Positions 40,325 to 52,296 of a stretch of DNA of 64,000 nucleotides are shown piece after piece. This stretch comes from Eledone cirrhosa (Eukaryota): contig OZ024755.1 in the NCBI GenBank assembly GCA_964016885.1, positions 32,364,001-32,428,000 on the forward strand, written 5' to 3'. Under the pieces are notes generated by a model. The model was given only the letters and a program-made list of their open reading frames with translations. It did not search any database and had not been told where the DNA came from. A program made the position numbers and the translations under genes. Numbering within the stretch: the stretch's first letter is position 1; every line of letters starts with the position of its first letter.

Positions 40325-40830
40325 TACAGTGGTTCCTCCTTGCAGGGTTACAGACAAAACACATTTCCAATGGTGTGTAACACATATGTGAGTTGAAAGA
40401 ATTTGGTTAGAATGTCTAAGGAAAGAATCACATCGTCAAATCGGACCGAGGAAACAAAGTTTCCGTTGGTCTTTCTTGCAGGGTTACAGACAAAACACAT
40501 TTCCAATGGTGTGTAACACATATGTGAGTTGAAAGAATTTGGTTAGAATGTCTAAGGAAAGAATCATTGGACAGTTTTTATAAGCAAAGCCAACTTGGTA
40601 GAAGACCCAATGGTAAGACCCCCGAGGACAATATGGCTGCAAAACATCCATAAACTCAGTTGGTCTAACTTAGGGAACTAGCCGGATCATTTGGAAATGG
40701 TTACCGCTGATAGCATCTTCTTCTAGATGTATCTGAAGACTCTGTCCACAGACCCCTTTCAGGAATAAGTGGGAGAAGAAGAAGGAGGAGGAGAGTGATG
40801 ATGAGGAGGAGAGTGATGATGAGGAGGAGA
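40325..40830 (+). mobile_element. Decayed RTE (family RTE-c) 3' fragment containing a 92-bp duplication
   Basis: Similar to about 52600-52880 (GRRP...RT.W..NIH.L.W); GAA/GGA tail. Confidence 0.55.
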
Positions 40831-40871
40831 AGGAGAAGGATAGAAAGAAAAATCCATAAAATAGTACATAC

Positions 40872-41098
40872 TGTCGATTGACTTTCGTCAAATCGGACCG
40901 AGGAAACAAAGTTTCCGTTGGTCTTTCCAATTGCTAATACTATCTGTTGGTCGCAACTCCAGGTAGGAGGAGTAATGTGAAATAACGTGAAATAAAGTGT
41001 CTTGCTCAAGGACATAACGCATCGCCCAGTCCGGGAATTGAGCTCACAACCTCACGATTGCGAATCCAATTTTCTAACCAGTCAGCCACGCGCCTTCA
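40872..41098 (-). mobile_element. tRNA/CORE SINE family D, full length
   Basis: Head GAAGGCGCGTGGCTGACTGGTTAG, CORE-like segment and family D tail. Confidence 0.8.
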
Positions 41099-41659
41099 CA
41101 TTAACAATGAGCTACTATATTAATAACTAGTGCAGTAATGACAATAACTATAGAAATAGTTAGTTTAGTACATCAATAATAAGCAATACATCTATAACTA
41201 GCACAATGCTGGCTACTACATCACTAAGCATTACAATATATTTTATACTGAACGAATTCCTCATATCTATATAAATATTTCCACCATTCTAAACTGAATT
41301 GATTCTCAATGTTTTCTATCACTCAAAGTAAATCTAATTTCAGGGATCATTGACATTAATTTCAAAAGTAATAATATTCTAGAAATGTCTGATCAAATTG
41401 AAATCAACAAACTAAATAGGTCAAATTATTATTGCAATATTTTTCACCTAACTGATCTCATGGTCATTTGTGCCATGAATATTGGAGCATTATCACGCCA
41501 AAATAGATTATTATTATAAAAGGCAATGGCGATCTTGACCACTGTGAGAGAAACTTTTTCTTATCGATATGTTTATGTTGTTGCTTTTCGAATAGTCTTT
41601 TTATAAATCCATCTTGCTGATGTGTAACTTATTAGCATCTAATTTAACAGATTAAACTG

Positions 41660-42240
41660 TCACATGTGTGTTGTACAACACACATATGTGTTTGGACAAA
41701 CACATATGCGTTGTACAACACATATATATGTGTTTGTAGAACACACATATGTGTTGTACAACACATATGTGTTTGTACAACACATATGTGTTTGTACAAC
41801 ACATATATGTGTTGTACAAACATATATGTGTTTGTAGAACACACGTGTTGTACAATGCATGTGTTTCGACAAATATATGTGTTGTACAAACACATATATG
41901 TGTTGTACAAACACATATATGTGTTGTACAACACATAGATATGTTTGTACAACACATATATGTGTTGTACAACACATATCTGTGTTCTAAAAACACATAT
42001 ATGTTGTACAGCACATATATATATGTTTGTACAACACATATATGTATGTTGTACAACACATATCTGTGTTCTAAAAACACATATATGTTGTACAGCACAT
42101 ATATATATGTTTGTACAACACATATATGTATGTTGTACAACACATATCTGTGTTCTAAAAACACATATATGTTGTACAACACATATATGTTATGTAATCT
42201 CATATGTGTGATTGTACAAACACAAATATTTGTACAATCA
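41660..42240. repeat. Minisatellite of palindromic units (GTGTTGTACAACAC) with an 84-bp higher-order repeat
   Basis: Direct reading; 28-aa periodicity in the ORF track. Confidence 0.88.
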
Positions 42241-42458
42241 CAGATATGAGCTACACAATCACCATTTAGCAAGAAATAATGAGGTATCCTCTTTCAGATC
42301 TGTTTTCAATGGGACATCCTTATATATATTTTATTGGAGGAATTTATTTTTGAAGAATATCAATGGAATAAAATTTCTAAAGATATGTTCTCTGTCAAAG
42401 ACTGATAACAGGGAATTAGTATCTGTTTGTCTAAATTCCAGTAGACAAACTAGAACTA

Positions 42459-43108
42459 TTAACCCTTTAATATTTACATTATTCTATATTTACTAGGGGC
42501 GGTGGATTAGCAATATCGGTGGAGGGTCGGACGCCATGCTTTCCAGCATAGTTACGTCCCTTTACGATCTGAGTTCAAATCCCGCCGAGGTTAACTTTCC
42601 CTTTCATCCTTACGGGGTCGATAAAATAAAGTACCAGTAATGCACTGGGTGATTGCTGGCCTTGTGCCTAAAGTAGAAACAATTATTCTATATTTACTAT
42701 TGTATTTTTACAGTAAACACTTTATCTCATATAATCATCTCACATAATATCAAATCTATGAGATTTTGATATCATTTATTTCGAGAACAATACCATAACA
42801 TCAGTATGAGTGGCTAGTTATAGCTGGTTTGAACAGAAAGAGAGGAGAGAATTCTGGCCGGATATGGCTGGTTTAAATGCTAAAGGGTTAATATTTACAT
42901 TACTCTATATTTACTATTGTATTTTTATGGTAAACACTTTATTTCATACAATCATGTCACATAATATCAAATCCACGAGATTTTGATATTATTTATTTTG
43001 AGAACAATACCTTAACATAAGCATGGGCAGCAGGTTATGTCTGGTTTAAACAGATAGAGGTGAGAGAATTCTGACCAGATATGGCTGGTTTAAATGCTAA
43101 AGGGTTAA
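42459..43108 (-). mobile_element. Two tandem family M MITEs, the first interrupted by SINE-B
   Basis: TIRs at 42459, 42891 and 43108. Confidence 0.8.
42496..42687 (+). mobile_element. SINE family B, full length, with 18-bp TSD ATTATTCTATATTTACTA
   Basis: TSD at 42478-42495 and 42682-42699; A and B boxes present. Confidence 0.9.
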
Positions 43109-43162
43109 TAAACATATCAAAATATCAAAGAAACTAAATGAGTTATATAAATAATCATAGAT

Positions 43163-43507
43163 GGATGCGCATGGCTTAGTGGTTAGAGCATTGACCTTGC
43201 AATCGAAAGGTTGTGAGTTCAATTCTCAGACCGGGTGATGTGTTGTGTCCTTGAGCAAGACACTTTATTTCACATTGCTCCAGTTTACTCAGCTGTAGAA
43301 ATGAGATGATAGCGACTGGGGTCCCTATCATTCCACTGCAAAGTGGTCGTGGAGGTGCCACGGCAAAAAAGCACCCAGCACTCACTGTAAATGAGGTTGG
43401 TGTTAGGAAGGGCATCCAGCTGTAGAAATCAAGCCAGCATCAGTTCCCGTCCCACCCTTGCAAGCAGGGAAAAGCAGACGTAAAATGATGATGATGATGA
43501 TGATGAT
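43163..43507 (+). mobile_element. SINE family C, full length
   Basis: Matches the consensus. Confidence 0.88.
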
Positions 43508-44320
43508 AGTGAGGTTTATGATAATAAACATGAATTTGGATTGAGACCCTTTAAGAAATTCACAAAACTTTTCAAACAAAACTATAATGATTACTTTCAA
43601 ATAAAACACACCTACAATTAATTTCTGAAGTACAGGGAGTTAAAAAGCATTAACCCATAAAATGAAATTGAATTCCAATGGTTTGAGATGTGATAATGTT
43701 ATTTTTGACTTATTCAACTCTTGTTTAGCTGTAAGTCTAAAAATTAAATACATAAATCATTAAAGGTTATTGAGTTTATACCTGGCAGGATATCAAACTG
43801 CACATAATGTGTAACCTGAATACAATAATATCACTTACTAGAACAATGGGGGAGAGAAAGAAGAGAAAAATCCACAAGTGAGAAGTAAACCGTATTGATT
43901 GCATAATGGTGAGAGTACTTGTGTTTAATTACAACTTTGAAAGTCTCCGCCGCTGAAAATATTCTAATTGAAATAAAATCTTATTGTCTCCATCTTACAG
44001 TGGATTAAACAAATCTTTTAAATACTAGTAGATGTGAATAAAATTTGTTCTGAGGACAAATTTTACATATCTGACCTGAACACAGCTGACTTTTTACTAT
44101 AGAGTAAAAATCGATCCCAGTGCATTACTGGTACTTTTTTGAACTCAGAGCGTACAATGAGGTGCGACAAATACCGTAAAGTATTCTTTTCGACGTCTTA
44201 ATGACTCTCCCAATTCGCCATCTATCACACAAATATATGTGCTCATATTCTTATTTGTTGTGCTCATAATTTTGGCATTTATTATACTGGTTGGATGCCC
44301 TTCCTAACACCAGCACCACA

Positions 44321-44581
44321 TTACAGCATGGACTGGGTGCTTTTCTTTGTGCCACCAGCACTAGAGAGATCGTCTTACTGGACTCAGGGGCCCTCTTTAC
44401 CCCTCCATTTTACAGCATGGACTGGGTGCTTTTATTCGTGCCACCAGCACTAGAGAGATTGTCATACTGGACTCAGGGGCCCTATCCACCCCTCCATTTT
44501 ACAGCATGGACTGGGTGCTTTCATTCGTGCCACCAGCACTAGAGAGGTCGTCTTACTGGACTCAGGGGCCCTATCCACCCC

Positions 44582-44583
<2 letters not shown>
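44321..44583. repeat. 89-bp tandem triplication of an RTE-tail-derived segment
   Basis: TTACAGCATGGACTGGGTGC at 44321, 44410 and 44499. Confidence 0.85.
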
Positions 44584-44642
<59 letters not shown>

Positions 44643-44643
<1 letters not shown>

Positions 44644-45027
44644 GTAGAGGTTATATTTAATTTGATGGGATACAACAAGCAAAATATTTTTATAACTGAT
44701 ATAAAGCACTCAACAAAATTATTGGAGTAAATATACAATATATTAACAAATGGAAACTATATTTATAAAACCATATTTATTTCATTATACATATTTCAAG
44801 GGCCACCAGAGCAAACTATGGTGCGCTTTCATCAGGAAGATTCAGGAGATTCCAACCAGAATGGTTGCATTTTTTAAGGGTATGTCAATATTTATTTATA
44901 AAACTAACCTATATTATATTTTATCTGATGAAAGCGCAACATAGTTTGTTCTGGTGGCCCTTGAAATATGTATAATGAAATAAATATGGTTTTATGAATA
45001 TAGTTTCCATTTGTTAATATATTGTAT
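44643..45027 (+). mobile_element. Fold-back element family H1, second copy
   Basis: The inverted arm ends exactly at the antisense CTGATGA core (44829-44835). The sense arm holds a full hammerhead; (TA)n flanks. Confidence 0.7.
44917..44982 (+). ncRNA. Minimal type I hammerhead ribozyme (predicted cleavage after A44974)
   Basis: Same stem I, core and helix III as 9581-9645; stem II is a variant with one extra mismatch in this arm. Confidence 0.6.
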
Positions 45028-45096
45028 ATATATATATATATATAAATATAAGTATGTATACGTACAAACATATATGTATACAGACGTACAGTAGTA

Positions 45097-45400
45097 TCAT
45101 CATCATCATCATTTTACGTCCGCTTTTCCCTGCTTGCAAGGGTGGAACGGGAACTGATTCTGGCTTGATTTCTACAGCTGGATGCCCTTCCTAACACCAA
45201 CCTCATTTTCAGTGAGTGCTGGGTGCTTTTTTGCCGTGGCACCTCCACGACAACTTTGCAGTGGAATGATATGGACCTCAGTCCCTATCATCTCATTTCT
45301 ACAGCTGAGTAAACTGGAGCAATGTGAAGTAAAGTGTCTTGCTCAAGGAAACAACACATCACCCAGTCTGAGAATTGAATTCACAACCTTTCGATTGCAT
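45097..45400 (-). mobile_element. SINE family C (5' end lost in (TA)n)
   Basis: Matches the consensus. Confidence 0.85.
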
Positions 45401-45589
45401 ATATATATATATATATAACGAAGGAAATGTGGTAAGGAACCAGGTGGACCATAACGCACCAAAGTACTCAATACTTAGGGTAGTAGAGTTAAATATAAAA
45501 GAGAAATAAGCACAGATATATAGACATATGTAATCGTTGTTCTGGTCTGTATATATTTTGTTTTTGCGTATGCAAAAATATCTGTACAT

Positions 45590-45745
45590 GAATATCTGTG
45601 TGTATGTGCGTGTATGTATGTGTGTGTGTGTATGTGTGTGTGTATGTGTGTATGTATGTATGTATGTATGTATGTGTGTATGTATGTGTGTATGTATGTG
45701 TATGTATGTGTGTGTGTGTATGTGTGTGTGTGTGTGTGTATGTAT

Positions 45746-45785
<40 letters not shown>

Positions 45786-46355
45786 GTATGTATGTGTGTG
45801 TGTATGTATGTGTGTGTATGTATGTGTGTGTATGTATGTATATGTGTGTATGTATATGTGTGTATGTATATGTGTGTATGTATATGTGTGTATGTATATG
45901 TGTCTAGGTATATGTGTGTATGTATGTGTGTGTATGTATGTGTGTATGTATGTGTGTGTATGTAAGTGTGTATATGTGTGTGTATGTATGTATCTGTGAG
46001 TATGTGTGTGTATGTATGTGTATTTATGTGTGTGTATGTATGTGATGTGTGAGTATGTGTGTGTATGTATGTGTGAGTATGTATGTGATGTGATTGTATG
46101 TGATGTGTGAGTATGTGTGTGTATGTGTGTGTGTATGTATGTGTATGTATATGTGTGTATGTATGTGTGTGTGTATGTATGTGTGTATGTATGTGTATGT
46201 GTGTATGTATGTGTGTATGTATGTACGTCTGTGTATGTAGGTGTGTCTGTGTATGTATGTGTGTCTGTGTATGTATGTGTGTGTATGTATGTATGTGTGT
46301 GTATGTATGTGTGTGTATGTATGTGTGTGTATGTATGTGTGTGTATGTATGTGTA
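45590..46355. repeat. (GT)n/(GTAT)n compound microsatellite
   Basis: Direct reading. Confidence 0.95.
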
Positions 46356-46546
46356 GAGAGAGCCAACCAGAGAAAGTAATATAAATAGTTTTAATTTTAT
46401 TTTCTCTTATTTATAAACATAAATCAAGATTGACTTCAGAAAGAAGTTATATACACACACACATATATAGATATATATATATACATATATATATACATAT
46501 CATTATTACTATCATCAACATTTGATGTCCACTTTTCCTGCTAGCA

Positions 46547-46581
<35 letters not shown>

Positions 46582-46631
46582 CATATATATAAAAAAAAAT
46601 ATATATATATATATAAATACACACACACACA

Positions 46632-46664
<33 letters not shown>

Positions 46665-46716
<52 letters not shown>

Positions 46717-47049
46717 CATATATATATATATATATTTAAAACCGAGGATGTCTGTGTGTGTGTGTGTCTGTGAGTTTGAATCCCTAAAACTCGAGAAGTA
46801 CCCAACCGATTTTTTTCAAACTTGACATAAAAAAAATTCATTTTCTTCATCCCCTAGGGCCCGCATTAGGTTAAAACCTGCATTTTTCCTGCTTCATCGA
46901 GGAAAATCTTAAAGATTATCCAGCCATCAGAGTATTCGGTTTATTTTCTTTACATATTGTCCAGGCATGCAGTTTTTCCACGATTAGGTATGTTGGCGGC
47001 CCGCGTTCCAAAATACCTTATCCCGTGCAACGCCTGGTACCACTGCTAG
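46665..47049 (+). mobile_element. Non-autonomous Helitron-like element with internal microsatellite
   Basis: Candidate A|TC start in the TA tract, (TG)n, AACTCGAGAAGTACCCAACCGATTT, 3' imperfect hairpin CCCGTGCAACGCCTGG and CTAG|T. Confidence 0.6.
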
Positions 47050-47083
47050 TTATATATATATATATAAACACATATATATATAA

Positions 47084-47127
<44 letters not shown>

Positions 47128-47164
47128 TAAATATATAGTTTATTATGTAATAAAGATAAATATA

Positions 47165-47280
47165 CACGGAGGAGATGACGAAGGACCGTGACAGGTGGAG
47201 AGATGCTGTGCTGAATAGGACCCATTCAACCCTTGCAAGCAGGGAAAAGCGGACGTAAAATGATAATGATAATGATGATA
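47165..47280 (+). mobile_element. RTE-b extreme 3' end
   Basis: TEEMTKDRDRWRDAVLNRT followed by the SINE-C-type tail. Confidence 0.75.
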
Positions 47281-47302
47281 ATATCATATTATATGTTGTT
47301 CG

Positions 47303-47568
47303 AATCCCGCCGAGGTTAACTTTGCTTTTCATCCTTACGGGGTCGATAAAATAAAGTACCAGTAATGTAGTGGGTAATTACTGGCCTTGTGCCAAAAGTA
47401 GAAACAATTATTACGGGGGTCGATAAAATAAAGTACCAGTAATACACTGGGATAATTGCTGGCCTTGTGCCAAAAGTAGAAACAATTATTACGGGGGTCT
47501 ATAAAATAAAGTACCAGTAATACACTGGGATAATTGCTGGCCTTGTGCCAAAAGTAGAAACAATTATA
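47303..47568 (+). mobile_element. SINE-B 3' part with two extra tandem copies of its last about 78 bp
   Basis: TAAAATAAAGTACCAG...GTAGAAACAATTA appears three times. Confidence 0.85.
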
Positions 47569-48016
47569 TGTTATTAATATATGAAATGATGTATCGATCT
47601 TTTTACACTATATTAAAAATAATAGAAAGCATAACTCCCACGATGCCAGCAAATATGATATTTAGATTTTGTTTGACTACTTACTAGCTTACCATTTACT
47701 TCAAGTTTCTGATAGTTTTTCACTTAATATGTCATGTCTGAGACTTCCTCATTACATGTCCATAATATTGCATCTACCATACAGTAACCAATGTTTCTTG
47801 ATAAAAACTCACATTTATGTCAGCAGAGAAAAAGGAAAATAAAAAAAAAACCTACGTTAATGATGATGATGAATGGCAAATTTTTGGCCATCATTTTGAC
47901 TTCATGTTTTAGTACTTAATGGTAGGAAGGACATTTAATTATAAAATGCTTACTCCAATAATATATGCAGACACAATAATGTGAACATCTACAATCCTAG
48001 ATGTATATATATATAT

Positions 48017-48232
48017 AGGAACAAGTAGGACCCCGACGGCTGAGCTCAAGCCGTTTCGACGGCTAATTCTGGACTAAAATTTAGACTAATATTTTAGTCC
48101 AGAATTAGCCGTCGAAACGGCTTGAGCTCAGCCGTCGGGGTCCTACTCGTTCCTATTACCCACTCTACTACCCTAAGTATTGAGTACTTTGGTGCGTTAT
48201 GGTCCACCTGGTTCCTTACCACATGTCCTTCG

Positions 48233-48233
<1 letters not shown>
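48017..48233 (+). mobile_element. Fold-back element family H3 with hammerhead 3' half (full helix III, GUC site at 48134-48136)
   Basis: 64-bp inverted arms at 48017-48080 and 48091-48154; CGAAA-CGGCT-TGAGCTC-AGCCG-TC; tail shared with 8084-8138 and 45417-45490; (TA)n flanks. Confidence 0.65.
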
Positions 48234-48267
<34 letters not shown>

Positions 48268-48408
48268 TAAATATATTTTGAAACAGTGAGCAGGTTTGAA
48301 ATTAGAAAATAGAATAGCTTTCACCGTATTTTTTGACTAAAGAAATTTTAGTCTGATAATGGGGTTTAGAACCCTCAGATAAATGGAAAAAGATGAGTAT
48401 TGATGTAC

Positions 48409-48439
<31 letters not shown>

Positions 48440-48625
48440 TATAAATGTGTGTATATATATATATATATACACACACATGTATGTATGTACGTATGCATAT
48501 ATGTGTATGTATAATTATATATATATATACGCACACGTGTATGTATGTACGTATGTATATATATGCGTGTATATATATATGTGTGTATATATATATATAT
48601 GTGGACGTAAAACGTTGGTGATGAT

Positions 48626-49603
48626 AAATAATAATAATAATGAAATTATTGTGTACAGTGCTCAGGTGCACTACAACTCATCAAAGGTGCATGTATAGTA
48701 CATAGAATAATATACAAATGTCAGGGAAGCGAATAGTGTATGAGTTATGATATACATGTGGGCGTATAGAGGGGGAATATCAGGTTTTAAAGGATGCAGT
48801 GTGTCGACAGCTAAAAACTGATGCAGCAACTCTGAGCGTGAAAAAATGTTTCCGAAAGTCATGGGTGCTGTGCTGTTTTCTGACTTTGTGGGCATGCCCA
48901 CTCAGGGTTGTTGTTGGCAAGATGGTTAATAACTTTGTGGGTGTTTACCAAGTCAGTTGCCAGACATCGGAGCTTCAATGTAACCATGCCCAAGGAAGCA
49001 AAGCGTTCAGAGTATGGTAGATGCCTGATGGAGGGTATTCGCTTGGTTGCACATCTCTGAACAGTTTCCAGGTAGTCAATGTTTTGAGCAAGATAGGGGT
49101 TCCAGACTGGTGATGCAAATTCTAAGTGTGGCCGCACCATAGCTATATACAACTTTAAATAGACAGCTGGAGAGCAGCTGACAAAGGTCTTGCTGAGTGA
49201 TGCTAAGACACCCTCAGCCCTCTTGACAATTTTAGAGACGTGCTTCATCCAACGCAAATCGCTGCTGACCGTAATGCCCACGTTCACAAGAAGACTTCTT
49301 GATATTAGTGCTGTGGAGGGAGTATGTGGACACTGGGTTTTTACTCCCAAAATGCATGGTGGTACACTTGTCCACAGCTAGCTTGAGTTGCCAGTCTGTG
49401 ATCCTTTGTTGCATTGTGTCCAGATCAGACTGCAAGCAAGATCTATAGTGTTCAGGATCTGTCCTTTTTATTTCAAGGTACAGCTTGATGTCATCTGCAT
49501 ATTTCAGTACTGTGGCATTCTTTAAGTTGGCATCTATGTCATTAATATATGCCACAAACAAAAGGGGGCCAAGAACAGATCCCTGTGGTACACCAGATGA
49601 CAT
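48626..49603 (-). mobile_element. 5'-truncated, frameshifted CR1-clade LINE (RT C-terminal half, 3'UTR, (ATT)n)
   Basis: SGVPQGSVLGPLLF..YINDI, KYADDIKL, VRPHLEFASPVWNPY and LETVQRCATK. Confidence 0.92.
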
Positions 49604-49787
49604 TTGCAGATAATGGTTTAACCATCGTCTCAGTGCATTTGGCCTTTTAACTTACGTTGTTGCTCTAGTTCACTAGTTTCTATGGAGTGCTTGCCACACA
49701 TCTCGGAAGTTGTTTTTCGCTAATTTCCAATACTCGAAATGCGATTCTCGCTAATTTATATTTATATGATAATATATGTTGAATTAA

Positions 49788-49912
49788 ACACAGTAAATTG
49801 TGTGTCTAAAATTACGAGGGTAGAAATACCACATTGGTTTGCTTCAGGTTAAATATATCAAACCAATGTGGCATTTCTTCCCTCATAATTTTAGACACAC
49901 AATTTACTGTGT
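49788..49912. repeat. 54-bp inverted repeat with 17-nt spacer
   Basis: ACACAGTAAATTGTGTGTCTAAAATTA... and its reverse complement, about 3 mismatches. Confidence 0.88.
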
Positions 49913-49928
49913 ATATTTCTACATATAT

Positions 49929-50518
49929 TATTATATAATTGTTTCTACTTTTGGCACAAGGCCAGCAATTACCCAGTACATTACTGGTACTTTATTTTAT
50001 CAATACCGTAAGGATGAAAGGCAAAGTTAACCTCGACGGGATTTGAACTCAGACCGTAAAGGGACGTAACTATGCTGGAAACATGGCATTCAACCCTCTA
50101 CCGATACTGCCAATCCACCGCCCTTATTATATAATTCCTTTCATCCTTACAGGGTCGATAAAATAAAGTACCAGTGATACACTGGGTAATTGCTGGCCTT
50201 GTGCCAAAAATAGAAACACTTATTATATAATTGTTTCTACTTTAGGCACAAGGCCAGCAATTACCCAGTTCATTACTGGTACTTTATTTTATCGACCCCG
50301 TAAGGATGAAAGGCAAAGTTAACCTCGACGGGATTTGAACCCAGACCGTAAAGGGACATAACTCTATGCTGGAAAGCATGGCATTCAACCCTCTACCGAT
50401 ACTGCCAATCCACCGCCCTTATTATATAATTCCTTTCATCCTTACAGGGTCGATAAAATAAAGTACCAGTGATACACTGGGTAATTGCTGGCCTTGTGCC
50501 AAAAATAGAAACACTTAT
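49929..50518. repeat. Tandem duplication (about 290 bp) of [SINE-B minus + inverted SINE-B 3' part]
   Basis: Two near-identical blocks. Confidence 0.85.
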
Positions 50519-50579
50519 TTATACTTTGAGCTTGTTAATTGCGGGGTATCAATATGAGTTAGTAACTGTATTTTATTTG

Positions 50580-50626
<47 letters not shown>

Positions 50627-50668
50627 TTATGTGTGTGTGTGTATATATCTATGCATATATATATATAT

Positions 50669-50711
<43 letters not shown>

Positions 50712-51794
50712 TATATATATATATATGCACACACACATATATATATATATATGCACACACATATATATATATATATGTATATATATGTGTGTGTGTGTGT
50801 GTGTGTCGAGGTGGTGAATTATCAGCTGTAGTGTAGAGGAAGTAGTAGTGGTAGTGTAGTGTAGAGGAAGTAGTAGTGGTGGTGAACCATTTATCAGTTT
50901 AGTTATGTTTCAGATCCCTCTCTACCACTACCACCAGTAACACCTCTATCACTACCACTACCATTACTATTACCACTACAACCTCTACCATTACCACCTC
51001 TACCACGATCATCTCTTTGTGTATTGTGTATATCTGTGTGTACACATGATACATTAGTGTGAGTATGTGTATACTAAATTGTATAAAGAACTTAAGCTTG
51101 TACGCATGTTGGTTTTTTTTTTTCTTTAAATGCATTTACGCACGGAAATCTATGCCCCCATCCCTGCATCATTCCATTAATCTAATAACTTTCTGCTCTA
51201 ATACATCTCTAGTTCTGAATACATCTCCCCCACCCTTACATCCGACTTCAGGATCTTCCTTTAAAGTGAAACCTAGAAAATTTTCAAGTTGAAATATTTC
51301 AATTTATAATATTAAATTTTTGTCTTATGTTTTACAAAGAAATCGGTTTGAAATATTATATAAAGATAAAAAGACTCCAGTTATTCTCCATTACATTTCA
51401 CCCTTTCATTATCATATTTCTAATGAAAGACACTGCCTATGATTTTCCAGCTGTAGAAAATTTTCCAAACAAAGGCTTGAGAAGAATCTTGAGTTGAATC
51501 AAAGACAATCTAGCTAGTGCCTGGTGACATGATAAAATGCGCTTGTGTACTCTATAGAGTGTGGGATTATATGTGAGAGGCATCTGAGAGGGCTGTGTCT
51601 CCAAGTAAGTACCGACTTGGTCTGTGATGACCTGTACAGACCTTGCTAGCAAAGAAAATCGACGTATGATGATGATGATGATGATTTGAAAATAATAGTT
51701 TCTGATATAGGCACAAGGCCAGCAATTTTGAGGAGAGGAGAAAGTTGATTAAATATACCCCAGTGTGTTGCTGGTGCTTTAATTTTTACCGTGT

Positions 51795-52296
51795 CCCACT
51801 TTACAGCATGGACTGGGAGCCTTTTTATCGTGACACTTACATGACCACTTTACAGTGTAGACTGGGAACTTTTTACTGTGACACTTACATGACCACTTTA
51901 CAGTGTGGACTGGGAGCCATTTTACCGTGTATCCTACATGACCACTTTACAGTGTGGACTGGGAGCCTTTTTACCGTGTATCCTACATGACCACTTTACA
52001 GTGTGGACTGGGAGCCTTTTACCGTGTCTCCTACATGACCACTTTGCAGTGTGGACTGGGAGCCTTTTTACCGTGTCTCCTACATGACCACTTTACAGTG
52101 TGGACTGGGAGCCTTTTTACCGTGTCTCCTACACGACCACTTTACAGTGTGGACTGGGAGCCTTTTTACCATGTTTGCTACATGACCAGTTTACAGTGTG
52201 GACTGGGAGCCTTTTTACCGTGTCTCCTACACAATCACTTTACAGTGTGGACTGGGAGCCTTTTTACCATGTTTGCTACATGACCACTTTACAGTG
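51795..52296 (-). repeat. About 49-bp RTE-tail-derived array (about 10 copies)
   Basis: Same unit family as at 36.5 kb. Confidence 0.85.

Noticed and set aside
49670-49750. Hammerhead-like CGAAATGCGATTC; also related repeats near 39790-39850 and 57105-57175 with TTGAAACAGAT
   Set aside because: No CUGANGA core or consistent stems could be built.
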